Below, one piece after another: positions 10,241-18,735 of a stretch of DNA of 45,289 nucleotides (position 1 is its first letter; every line of letters starts with the position of its first letter). The position numbers were made by a program, and so were the translations under genes. The stretch is from an uncultured Melioribacter sp. (lineage in GTDB: Bacteria; Bacteroidota; Ignavibacteria; Ignavibacteriales; SURF-24). The stretch is taken from the NCBI GenBank assembly GCA_964537965.1, contig CAZIDB010000005.1, forward strand, positions 1-45,289. Direction: 5' to 3'. The notes beneath the pieces were generated by a model that ran no database searches, was not told where the DNA came from, and was given only the letters and a program-made list of their open reading frames with translations.

Positions 10241-10293
10241 AACTACCGTTTACAACATAATTTATACCATTGACAACATTTGATATTTATTTT
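10241..10293 (+). promoter_or_regulatory. Second copy of the candidate LytTR-type operator/promoter module, not followed by any ORF
   Basis: Direct repeats CCGTTTACAACAT (10246-10258) and CCATTGACAACAT (10267-10279). The cores are 21 bp apart (10250 and 10271). TATTTT lies at 10288-10293, the same 10-nt offset as TATAAT in the first module. The flank AACTACCGTTTACAACATAATT closely matches AACTAACCGCTTACAACAAAATT at 9001-9023. Confidence 0.5.
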
Positions 10294-10467
10294 AAAGAAA
10301 AGAATACGATATTAACCATAGAAGGTTTAGCGTTTATTTAAGATTGATCGTTCTAAATAAAAAGTTCTTTATAATTTATTGAGTTACTAAATTTGGAGTG
10401 TATCAGTGCATTCACTCTGTTAAAAAGAGTGGAACTTATTCTTTAAAATAAGAGGGCATAGATTAAA

Positions 10468-10516
10468 GGATAAGATACTAATCAGATAAAAATAAAATCA
10501 AATTAGTATCTTATCC
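10468..10516. repeat. Perfect 15-bp inverted repeat with 19-nt spacer
   Basis: GGATAAGATACTAAT (10468-10482) and ATTAGTATCTTATCC (10502-10516) are exact reverse complements. Confidence 0.9.
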
Positions 10517-10633
10517 CTGAATTTTGAAATGTTCTTTTTGATAATATAAAGTTTAATAATCGGTATTCTTAATATGAGGCGAACATTGATTTGAATACCG
10601 TATTAACAGAGTCCCCCCCCTCCCTTAAACCTT

Positions 10634-10670
10634 AAAGGAATGGTTGCCTTGTGTAGCCGTTCCTTTTTTT
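10634..10670 (+). terminator. Rho-independent terminator
   Basis: Stem AAAGGAATGG (10634-10643) / CCGTTCCTTT (10657-10666) with one G-U pair and a 13-nt loop. The T-run continues to 10670. It is oriented for the + strand. Confidence 0.7.
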
Positions 10671-11062
10671 ATGCCTATTTCGGCTTTCCCTCAAATATCG
10701 TAAGAAGAAAGGTTTTTCATCCGGGAAATTTATTTGAATTACAAGAGGACTATTGAAAACTTATTGAAGCCTAATAGCATTATTACAAATATTTTGAAAT
10801 GAAAAGAAAGCTAAGAAAATTGAAGTGTTAAAGATTGTGAATCGTGGGCTATTTTATCGTAAAGATATTTCCAAGCTTAATTCGCGTTTTATAAAAGTAT
10901 ATAGCAATCCTTATTATGGAAATTTCAGAGTATATAAGATCAATCGTTAAATCTTTTTGCCTTAATTAGAATTTTGATTCTTCGGTAAACAGTATTTAAT
11001 TTTGCCGTAAATGAAAGTTATAGATATTAAAATATTACTACTCGGCAACTGAAACAGGTGAT

Positions 11063-11740
11063 TTGAGCTTTTATAATAATTACTTGAAAGCTGTTTATTT
11101 AAATGACGGCTCATCAACACAAAATTCAGTTAAAGGAGTTGAAGGCACATCATTTAGTTCTGTTGCAGCTACTATCGGACAAGTGTATCCTGAAGATTTT
11201 CCTGATGACATAGAAGCAACTAATGGCGGTGTAAATATTCTTCAGTATAATGCAAAAAGAACGAATGGTGATTATATGAAAGCCGGAATTTCATACTCGG
11301 GTAAATTTGGTACAAGTGATAAACCAGGTAAGCTTGTATATGTTTCCTTTCCTTTTGAAACTATCAGCTCATTATCGCAAAGGAAAACCCTGGCTTCAGA
11401 AATTCTTAAATTCTTCGATAATACTACGGGTATTCATTTGGAAGACAGTGAATTACCAACTGAATGGAGTTTATCCCGTAATTATCCAAATCCATTTAAT
11501 AGTCAGACAAATTTTGAGATTCAGGTTCCGGAAAGAAATTTCATGAATCTTTCAATTTATGATGTACTTGGCAGGAAGGTAGCGGAAGTTTATTCCGGTG
11601 AAATTGAAGTCGGAATACATAAATTGAGCTGGAACAGCAATGAATTAGCAAGCGGGATATATTTCGCAAAATTATCGGTTGAATCTAAAGATAAAATTAG
11701 GAATCAAATCCAAGTAAAGAAATTATTATATTTGAAGTGA
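11063..11740 (+). CDS. T9SS C-terminal-sorting-domain protein, probable 5'-truncated fragment (no signal peptide)
   Basis: 225-aa ORF with a TTG start. The reading frame stays open upstream to the stop at 11021-11023 with no start codon (ILKYYYSATETGD...). The C-terminus has a T9SS CTD (NYPNPFNSQTNFEI...GIYFAKL). There is no N-terminal signal peptide, although T9SS cargo needs Sec export. Confidence 0.55.
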   Translation: MSFYNNYLKAVYLNDGSSTQNSVKGVEGTSFSSVAATIGQVYPEDFPDDIEATNGGVNILQYNAKRTNGDYMKAGISYSGKFGTSDKPGKLVYVSFPFETISSLSQRKTLASEILKFFDNTTGIHLEDSELPTEWSLSRNYPNPFNSQTNFEIQVPERNFMNLSIYDVLGRKVAEVYSGEIEVGIHKLSWNSNELASGIYFAKLSVESKDKIRNQIQVKKLLYLK

Positions 11741-11741
11741 G

Positions 11742-12713
11742 ATGAAAAAAGTATTTGTAATATTTGTGTTTTTTATGGCGGGCAACATTTTTGCCGGTGA
11801 TCCTGTTCCGGGTTGGAAAGTTGAGACTAATAAAACTGGCGCTGCATCTAAAACCGGTGAGAATAATCAGGTTTATTTTGAAGTTTATAATGAAAAAGGG
11901 GAAAAGGTATATTCGGTCTCAAAGTCCTTGCCTTTTGATGTGCCTTATCCTTCCGCTTCGATCTTTCAGGCGGGTGAACTTATGGTTGTCTATTCTTTTG
12001 ATGGCGTGATTGAATTCTACAACAACAAAGGTGAATTGGTTAATACGATAAAACCAAATTACAATACCAGTCCCGAATTTGAACGTTCAATAAAATTTGC
12101 CACGCTTGATGATGAATCTGTTATTCTTGTTTCCGAACCGGAACATTATTATTCAAGATTGCTTATCGTTACTTCAGACGGAAGAATTAATATTGAGAAG
12201 GATATTGAAGGAACAAACGCTACCGGAGTTGTAATTTCAGAAAGCGGCAACCTGATTGCGACCGGCACATATTCATGGATTGATACCGTTTTCCTTGAGC
12301 AGACTAATTTTTTTGATAACGAGGGAAATTTAATTGGCAAAGTACCGTTAAGTTTTACATCCGGTAAATTTAATGCTGAGGAAACAGAGTTCCTTGGTTT
12401 TACAAATTCAAATCTTTTTAGCGTTGATATTGAAGATGAAAAAATTATCTGGAACAAAGAATTACAAAGCGACTTAGTAATTACCGATGCGACAATTAAT
12501 GGTGATAAAATTGCATATATTACTTCTGAATTACCAACGCTTAAGGATGGTAAGTGGTATTACTCCCGGCTTGAACTTGAATTAGTTAATGATGATGGTG
12601 AAGAAATAATTTCAAAGAAGCTGCCGGATGGATTATTTGAAACTGTTGAATTTACTAAATGTGATAGTATTCTTCAGGTCAACCTTGATAATAAACAAGT
12701 TAAAGTTGAATAG
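11742..12713 (+). CDS. Secreted hypothetical protein
   Basis: 323-aa ORF starting 1 nt after the previous stop. Signal peptide MKKVFVIFVFFMAGNIFA. I recognise no family motif. Confidence 0.6.
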   Translation: MKKVFVIFVFFMAGNIFAGDPVPGWKVETNKTGAASKTGENNQVYFEVYNEKGEKVYSVSKSLPFDVPYPSASIFQAGELMVVYSFDGVIEFYNNKGELVNTIKPNYNTSPEFERSIKFATLDDESVILVSEPEHYYSRLLIVTSDGRINIEKDIEGTNATGVVISESGNLIATGTYSWIDTVFLEQTNFFDNEGNLIGKVPLSFTSGKFNAEETEFLGFTNSNLFSVDIEDEKIIWNKELQSDLVITDATINGDKIAYITSELPTLKDGKWYYSRLELELVNDDGEEIISKKLPDGLFETVEFTKCDSILQVNLDNKQVKVE

Positions 12714-12773
12714 AGATCATTTCAACTTTTCAGGTTAATCTAATCAAACTACCAAACGCTGAATAAGAAAATA

Positions 12774-14111
12774 TCATTTAGGTGATGTTTGAGTATTATA
12801 TTTTTTAACTCTGCCGTTTTCATCATAATTAATTTCCGAAATCAGAACATCTTCATCATACTTGGCTTCAGATTTAACAAATCCATTTTCGTAATAGGAA
12901 ACCGATAAGCCGCTTTGTTTTCCTTTTCTGTAGAAAGAATATTTTTCCGTGTTTCCGTTTGGGAAAAACCACGTCTTAACTCCATCTAAAAGACTATCCG
13001 AATATTCCGCTTCCCATTCAAGCTTACCATCCTGAAAAAATCCCTTTGATTTACCTTCAAGTTTTCCGTTAACATAATTCATTTCGGATTTAACGGATTT
13101 ATCCGGGTAGTATAAAACCGATTTGCCATCAAGTATACCTTGTTTATAGGTCATAGCTCCAATCAGTTTCCCGGTTTTATCATACTCCTCACTTAATCCT
13201 GTTTCTTTAGTATTCTCATAATGTATTATTGATTTTACAGTGCCGCTGTCATAGTAAGCAATGCAGGTGCTGTCAGGTATTCCTTTTGTATAATTAAATT
13301 CTGATTGTATAAATCCGCTTGGGTAATACGTTTTGTTTAATCCTTCTTTTAGTCCGTTATCAAAACTTGTCTCAGATTTCATTATTCCGTTATCGTAAAA
13401 ATCTTTGAAGCTTTCCTCGGTCTTTTCAAATTTACCGACAATATCATAACGCTCGCGTTTAATTATTTGTCCGTCTACATAAGTATCAATTACTTTAATC
13501 AGTCCGTCCGGGTAGTATAGTTTTGAAATGCCTTCCAGTTTATTGTTCTTATAATTTGCTTCGAGAGCGAGTTTACCGAAATCAAAATAAACCCGGTTTT
13601 TTCCTTCAAGTCTTCCTTCAACATAATATTTCTCAACTTCAACTTTGCCGTTTTCAAAAAACGTCTGGGATAAACCATTCAGCAAACCATTCTCATATTT
13701 CCACAAGCCCATTATAGCGCCGCTTTTGTAATAGGTTTTAGTGATGCCTTCAAGTTTATCGTTAACATAATTTTGTTCAGCAAGCAGTTCCCCGGTTTCA
13801 TAGTACCAGCGTGAAATACCTTCTAATTTACCATGGATATAATTCCAGTCAAGATGCGTTGTGCCGTTTTTATAATACCACCTGTGGCTGCCTTCTTCTT
13901 TATCGTTTTCAAAGTACCATTCTTTCCAGAGTTTACCGTCGTCATAAAACTCTTTGAAATTTCCGTTTCGCATGTTATTCTTATATTCACCCTCGGTCTT
14001 TATAACACCGTTTGGGAAATAAGTTTTGTGGATTTCAACTTCCTGGGGAAGTGAGACAGTTAACAAAAAAAGTATGTTTAGAAAAGCCAGTTTTATATGT
14101 AATAATTTCAT
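12774..14111 (-). CDS. MORN-variant (YwqK-like) repeat protein, exported
   Basis: Many tandem copies of a roughly 23-aa repeat of the form G.....YY.NG.........G...G (for example YFPNGVIKTEGEYKNNMRNG, YYKNGTTHLDWNYIHGKLEG). I place the start at the ATG at 14111, giving signal peptide MKLLHIKLAFLNILFLLTVSLP. The ORF track extends to a TTG at 14135. Confidence 0.75.
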   Translation of the reverse strand: MKLLHIKLAFLNILFLLTVSLPQEVEIHKTYFPNGVIKTEGEYKNNMRNGNFKEFYDDGKLWKEWYFENDKEEGSHRWYYKNGTTHLDWNYIHGKLEGISRWYYETGELLAEQNYVNDKLEGITKTYYKSGAIMGLWKYENGLLNGLSQTFFENGKVEVEKYYVEGRLEGKNRVYFDFGKLALEANYKNNKLEGISKLYYPDGLIKVIDTYVDGQIIKRERYDIVGKFEKTEESFKDFYDNGIMKSETSFDNGLKEGLNKTYYPSGFIQSEFNYTKGIPDSTCIAYYDSGTVKSIIHYENTKETGLSEEYDKTGKLIGAMTYKQGILDGKSVLYYPDKSVKSEMNYVNGKLEGKSKGFFQDGKLEWEAEYSDSLLDGVKTWFFPNGNTEKYSFYRKGKQSGLSVSYYENGFVKSEAKYDEDVLISEINYDENGRVKKYNTQTSPK

Positions 14112-14232
14112 CGTGCTCTTAAAAAAACTCCACAAATTTAAGGAAAATAATTTTCAGATAAAGTTTATTTAATTCTATACAAATTGAATAAACAAAAAAT
14201 TCACTAAATTAACATAGAACTTTTGAGGAAAT

Positions 14233-14634
14233 ATGTTCACTAAACTTGTCAGCATAAATTTTTTTGATACCGATGCAGCCGGTGTTTTATTTTTCGGAAA
14301 TCTTTTCAGGCTTGCTCATTCTGCCTATGAAGAGTTCATGAGCAACGGTAATTTTGTACGGAATTATTTTTTAGATAATGAATTTGCCATTCCAATCGTG
14401 CATACAGAAGCTAATTACTTAAAGCCAATTCTGCCTTCTACCCAGCTTAAAGTTGAATTAACTGTTGAGGAATTAAAAGAATCAAGTTTCGCACTTGAAT
14501 ATTTCTTTGTAAATGAGAACCATGCTATACTGGCCAAAGCAAAAACCATTCACGTTTTTGTTTCCAAGAAAGAATGGAAAAAAACAGCAATTCCTGCGGA
14601 TGTAAAAAGTTATTTAATGAAACATGTTTCTTAG
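14233..14634 (+). CDS. Hotdog-fold acyl-CoA thioesterase (4HBT/YbgC-like), likely 1,4-dihydroxy-2-naphthoyl-CoA hydrolase
   Basis: 133-aa ORF. N-terminal FFDTDAAGVLFFGNLFR carries the conserved Asp typical of 4HBT-class thioesterases. The functional call rests on its position next to the men operon. Confidence 0.6.
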   Translation: MFTKLVSINFFDTDAAGVLFFGNLFRLAHSAYEEFMSNGNFVRNYFLDNEFAIPIVHTEANYLKPILPSTQLKVELTVEELKESSFALEYFFVNENHAILAKAKTIHVFVSKKEWKKTAIPADVKSYLMKHVS

Positions 14635-16059
14635 TTCGTCTACTCTTGTTTTACCAAGTTCGGTTTTGGGCAGATACTTAAGAAAAATTATTTTCTTGGG
14701 AAATTTAAATGAAGCCAAATGTTGTCGTAGGTAATCAGTCACATCTTTTTTATCCAATTGAATATTCTCTTTGAGTACAATTGCTGCGGCTAAAATCATT
14801 CCCCAGTTGTTATCGGGTAACCCAATTGTACAAGCTTCTTTAATCATTGGATGATGCAGTATTTGCTCTTCAACCTCTTTCAGGTTTATATTTTCACCGC
14901 CGCTGATTATAAAATCTGTACTTCTTGATTCAACAAAAAGAAAACCATCATTATCAATGTATCCGAAATCTCCGGTAAGAAAATAATTTTCACGCCATGA
15001 AGAATTGGATAGTTCATCATTATATAAAAAACCTTTAGCAATTGATTTCCCGGTAACAGCTATCTCACCAATCTTTCCTGGGGGAAGAATCTTCTTTTGT
15101 TCATCAACGATTGCAATATTATTGCCGGGTAAAGCCTTACCGGAAGATTCTATTTTATCCGGGTAGGTTGCTGTATCAATTGCTGTTATCATCGAGGCGG
15201 TTTCTGTAGAACCATAAACTTTAACAATATTCCAGCCCGCATCATTAGCATGGTGGATTAAATCTTTGCTGCTAGGACCACCGCCAAGAAATGTATATCG
15301 TAATTGCTTTCCGGATTGAACATTAGTTCCCATTAATCTTAGTAAAGAAGTGGAAACAAGAGATACTAATGTTGGTTTATAATTTTTAATTGAATAGGCT
15401 AAGTCTTCAGTTTTAAGCGAAGAGGGAATTATTAGTGTTGAACCAAATAATAATGTGCGTATAAGAATCATAAGTCCGCCAATGTGGTAAACCGGCAAAC
15501 TCAAAAGCCACCTGTCATTCTGTGTAAAACTAAAAGCGGAGTGTGAACTTAATGCACTGTTAATCAAATTATTAAATGAATGGAGAATGCCTTTGGGCAA
15601 TCCGGTTGAACCGGAAGTGTACATTATCAAAGCTGTCTTATCATATCCAAAAGTACTTTCAAAAGTATTCTCTGTTCGCTTTGCATCAAATGGGAAGTTG
15701 ATAATTTTAACGATATCATCTTTTTCAATCAACCAATTATTCTTTTCATCAACCAGGACATGAGAAGTTGCTGAATGCTTAAGTAACGTCTTCAATTCGT
15801 TTTGGGATAACCTGATGTTTAATGGAATTGGTACAGCGTTAATTTTCCAGATTGCCATTAACAGAAGTAAATAATCAATGAAAGGTTCTGCAAGAATAGC
15901 AACCTTACCGGATTCGATTATACCTTGCTTGAGTAATGCTGAAGAAATGCCTGAGACAATTGAATCCAGTTCATCGTAGTAAATTGTTCTTTCGTTTGAA
16001 ATGAATGCAGGATGATGAGAGGGTAAATCTATTTCCTTGTTAAAAAATGTAAATCTCAT
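14614..16059 (-). CDS. menE: O-succinylbenzoate-CoA ligase
   Basis: 481-aa ORF. AMP-binding motif YTSGSTGLPKG, later YGSTE and GDFGY. Last gene of the men operon. Confidence 0.8.
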   Translation of the reverse strand: MRFTFFNKEIDLPSHHPAFISNERTIYYDELDSIVSGISSALLKQGIIESGKVAILAEPFIDYLLLLMAIWKINAVPIPLNIRLSQNELKTLLKHSATSHVLVDEKNNWLIEKDDIVKIINFPFDAKRTENTFESTFGYDKTALIMYTSGSTGLPKGILHSFNNLINSALSSHSAFSFTQNDRWLLSLPVYHIGGLMILIRTLLFGSTLIIPSSLKTEDLAYSIKNYKPTLVSLVSTSLLRLMGTNVQSGKQLRYTFLGGGPSSKDLIHHANDAGWNIVKVYGSTETASMITAIDTATYPDKIESSGKALPGNNIAIVDEQKKILPPGKIGEIAVTGKSIAKGFLYNDELSNSSWRENYFLTGDFGYIDNDGFLFVESRSTDFIISGGENINLKEVEEQILHHPMIKEACTIGLPDNNWGMILAAAIVLKENIQLDKKDVTDYLRQHLASFKFPKKIIFLKYLPKTELGKTRVDELRNMFH

Positions 16060-16087
16060 TGCTAAAACAGCAGCTTAGTTTGGAAGT

Positions 16088-16153
16088 GAGAGTAAGAGAA
16101 AGAGTAAGAGAAAGAAAGATATCTGTAATTCGTTTTCTTACTCTTACTCTTAA
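16088..16153 (-). repeat. Intercistronic purine/pyrimidine repeat hairpin between menA and menE
   Basis: Tandem 12-mer GAGTAAGAGAAA x2 (16090-16113) faces the tandem hexamer TCTTAC x2.8 (16136-16152). AAGAGTAAGAG (16100-16110) pairs with CTCTTACTCTT (16141-16151), giving an 11-bp stem and a 30-nt loop. Confidence 0.6.
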
Positions 16154-16166
16154 TCATCATCTTGCT

Positions 16167-17066
16167 TTACAATAAAATTCCAATTGAAAACAGAACAGCA
16201 TACATTGCAGATAGTTTTGCAGTTAAGGCAAGAGTACTATTCAATTCTTTACCTTCCAGTGTATAAATCATTTTAATAAGTTTTAATGAAATAGGGAAGG
16301 TTAACACAGGCAAAAAAATCCATACTTCCTGTTTGAAAGTAAAGTACACAACCACCAGAATCAGGTAACTGATTATCATGAAGAAAACGTACTGGAGGCG
16401 TGCAAATCTTTTCCCAAAAATTACCGATAAAGTTCTTTTGCCGGAAAGCCTGTCTTCATCAGTATCCCTGTAATTATTAACGACTAATATATTTGTTATC
16501 AATGCTCCTACTGGTATAGATGACCAGAATGCAAGCGGAGAAATTTGCTGCGTCTGGACGTAATATGTTCCGACTGTTCCAATCAAACCAAAAAAGATGA
16601 AGACGAAAATATCACCTAACCCGTTGTATGCTAATGGATATGGACCGGCAGTATATGCAAATCCTGCAAGTATGGAAATCACACCAATGAGCAGAATAAG
16701 CCAGCCGCCTATGCTTACAAGGTGCAATCCTAAAATGAATGACAAACCAAATGTTAAAATAACTCCGTACTTCATTTCATTTGGAGTTATTAAACCGGCA
16801 GTAACAACCCGTGTTGGTCCTGAACGATCTTTCTTGTCAGTCCCTTTAAGAAAATCATAAAGATCATTTGTAAAGTTTGTTGCAATCTGAATTAGTAATG
16901 AACAAATTAATGTTATGATAGCAGGAAGAATATGGAAGCTTCCATCTGAGTAAGCAAGTGCAGAGCCTATTAGTACCGGTACAATTGCTGCCGGAAGTGT
17001 TTTTGGTCTGCTTGCTAAAAGCCAGCTTTCAATTTTTGTTGGAGTATGTACATTTGCTTCTATCAT
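16167..17066 (-). CDS. menA: 1,4-dihydroxy-2-naphthoate polyprenyltransferase
   Basis: 299-aa polytopic membrane ORF. UbiA-family motifs NDLYDFLKGTD and NNYRDTDEDRLSGKRTL. Confidence 0.85.
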   Translation of the reverse strand: MIEANVHTPTKIESWLLASRPKTLPAAIVPVLIGSALAYSDGSFHILPAIITLICSLLIQIATNFTNDLYDFLKGTDKKDRSGPTRVVTAGLITPNEMKYGVILTFGLSFILGLHLVSIGGWLILLIGVISILAGFAYTAGPYPLAYNGLGDIFVFIFFGLIGTVGTYYVQTQQISPLAFWSSIPVGALITNILVVNNYRDTDEDRLSGKRTLSVIFGKRFARLQYVFFMIISYLILVVVYFTFKQEVWIFLPVLTFPISLKLIKMIYTLEGKELNSTLALTAKLSAMYAVLFSIGILL

Positions 17067-17072
17067 AAATTT

Positions 17073-17912
17073 CTATGGAACCCGCGGAAATTTTTTAAAA
17101 TCAGGTTTTCTTTTTTCAAGATAAGCTTTCTTACCTTCCTGAGCTTCTTCACTCATATAGTAAAGTAATGTGGCATTACCGGCTAATTCCTGTATGCCTG
17201 CCTGCCCGTCAAGTTCGGCATTAAAAGCAGATTTAAGTAACCTTATTGCAAGCGGACTTTTCTCAAGTATTTCATTTGCCCACTTAACTCCTTCTGCTTC
17301 AAGTTGCTCAACCGGTACAACTTTATTAACTAATCCCATGTCTTCAGCTTCTTTTGCATTGTATTGCCTGCAAAGGTACCAAATCTCGCGTGCCTTTTTT
17401 TGCCCGACAATTCTTGCAAGATAACCTGCACCGAAACCGCCGTCAAAGCTGCCGACTTTTGGCCCGGTTTGTCCAAAGACTGCATTGTCTGCTGCAATTG
17501 TTAAATCGCATACAAGATGAAGAACATGACCACCACCGATTGCATACCCGGCAACCAGCGCAATTACAGGTTTAGAAATACTTCTTAATAATTTCTGAAG
17601 ATCGAGAACGTTTAATCTTTGAACTCCATTTTTTGCCTGGTAACCTTTGTCCCCGCGTATTCTTTGATCACCGCCAGAACAGAATGCATATTTACCGTCT
17701 TTGGCAGGTCCTTTACCTGTCAGCAGGATAACACCAATTTCTGAATCCTCTCGCGCATCTGCAAATGCATCATACATCTCAATTACAGTTTCCGGGCGAA
17801 AAGCATTTCTAACTTCAGGACGATTAATTGTAATCTTAGCAATGCCATCCATTTTTTCATAAATAACGTCTTTATAACTTCCGCAAGATTTCCATTTGAA
17901 ATTCATTGTCAT
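17073..17912 (-). CDS. menB: 1,4-dihydroxy-2-naphthoyl-CoA synthase
   Basis: 279-aa crotonase-fold ORF with FCSGGDQ and [20 protein letters not shown], typical of MenB. Confidence 0.9.
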   Translation of the reverse strand: MTMNFKWKSCGSYKDVIYEKMDGIAKITINRPEVRNAFRPETVIEMYDAFADAREDSEIGVILLTGKGPAKDGKYAFCSGGDQRIRGDKGYQAKNGVQRLNVLDLQKLLRSISKPVIALVAGYAIGGGHVLHLVCDLTIAADNAVFGQTGPKVGSFDGGFGAGYLARIVGQKKAREIWYLCRQYNAKEAEDMGLVNKVVPVEQLEAEGVKWANEILEKSPLAIRLLKSAFNAELDGQAGIQELAGNATLLYYMSEEAQEGKKAYLEKRKPDFKKFPRVP

Positions 17913-17916
17913 CCTT

Positions 17917-18735
17917 TTAAATAAACTGATTTATAAAACTGTTAAGCAAACTTACAAAAACTTCCGGTCTTTCTAAATGAATGTTGTGTCCGCAGTTTTC
18001 AATAATTAAATGTGTAGAGTTTTTAATCTCTTTATTCATCCTTCTGTTTATTGCTGTGAATTTATCATCAAGATCACCTGTTATTAGCAAAGAAGGACAG
18101 ATTATTTTTTCAAGCTTCGGCCAGAGGTTTTTCATTGAACCGGTTCCAAAACCTCTGAGCGCATTAGCTAAACCAATCCGGTTGTTTAAAAGTTTCGTAG
18201 TGCGGATTTCATCCAGGATTTTTTTATCTAATTTTTTTTGTGAATTAAATAACGGAAGATTCAACCAGTAATCAATAAAAGTCTCAATTGAATTGTGCTC
18301 TATAAACTCTGCAAGATTTGAATCCTGTTCAATCCGCTCGTTCTTTTGCCCCGGATCTTCCAATCCTGCTGTTGAGCTTTCAAGTACAAGTCCCTTTATT
18401 TTTTCGGGGTGACTACAAATGTAAGTTAATGCTGCTCTTCCTCCCATAGAATAACCGACAAGAATTACTTTTCCGGTACAGAGATTTTTTATTATAGAAT
18501 CAATTTCTTGTAGGATAAATTCTGAGTTGTAGTAGTCCGGGATTGCTGATGAATAATTTTTTCCATGTCCGGGAAGATCAACGGCAATTAAAGCAGCAGG
18601 GGCGGTTAATTTATTAAAGAACGGCAACCAGTCGTTTGATGATCCGGTAAAACCATGCAGAAAAATAATTGAAATTTTAGAATCGGAAGAAGTTTTAATC
18701 TGATAATTCAGATTTATTTTTTCAGAATTATTCAT
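17917..18735 (-). CDS. menH: 2-succinyl-6-hydroxy-2,4-cyclohexadiene-1-carboxylate synthase (alpha/beta hydrolase)
   Basis: 272-aa ORF. HGFTGS oxyanion region, nucleophile elbow GYSMGG, C-terminal CGHNIHLE. It sits between menD and menB, and its ATGA start overlaps the menD stop. Confidence 0.75.
   Translation of the reverse strand: MNNSEKINLNYQIKTSSDSKISIIFLHGFTGSSNDWLPFFNKLTAPAALIAVDLPGHGKNYSSAIPDYYNSEFILQEIDSIIKNLCTGKVILVGYSMGGRAALTYICSHPEKIKGLVLESSTAGLEDPGQKNERIEQDSNLAEFIEHNSIETFIDYWLNLPLFNSQKKLDKKILDEIRTTKLLNNRIGLANALRGFGTGSMKNLWPKLEKIICPSLLITGDLDDKFTAINRRMNKEIKNSTHLIIENCGHNIHLERPEVFVSLLNSFINQFI

Larger units (their letters stand above)
10300..10670 (+). ncRNA. Candidate structured small RNA (promoter module to intrinsic terminator); boundaries approximate
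   Basis: No ATG-initiated ORF longer than 6 codons on the + strand. Successive hairpins: CACTCT/AGAGTG (10413-10431), a perfect 15-bp stem (10468-10482/10502-10516) and CGGTATTC/GAATACCG (10561-10568/10593-10600). A C-tract follows at 10613-10624, then a terminator at 10634-10670. The upstream gene ends 458 nt before that terminator. Confidence 0.35.

Noticed and set aside
10393-10452. 17-codon TTG and GTG ORFs (MECISAFTLLKRVELIL and MYQCIHSVKKSGTYSLK) as LytTR-controlled peptide pheromone or bacteriocin precursors.
   Set aside because: They have non-ATG starts, no separated ribosome-binding site, no double-glycine or other leader motif, and no transporter or modification genes nearby. They overlap a predicted RNA hairpin.
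16133-16153. Possible dispersed repeat: the CTTACTCTT-type sequence recurs at about 39901-39940.
   Set aside because: The second occurrence lies inside the signal-peptide coding region (FLLLLLFLLFS) and reflects Leu/Phe codon low complexity. It is not a shared element.
16088-16153. Possible mini-CRISPR or other spaced repeat array.
   Set aside because: There are only two 12-mers and about three hexamers, directly tandem with no spacers. No cas genes are in the window.
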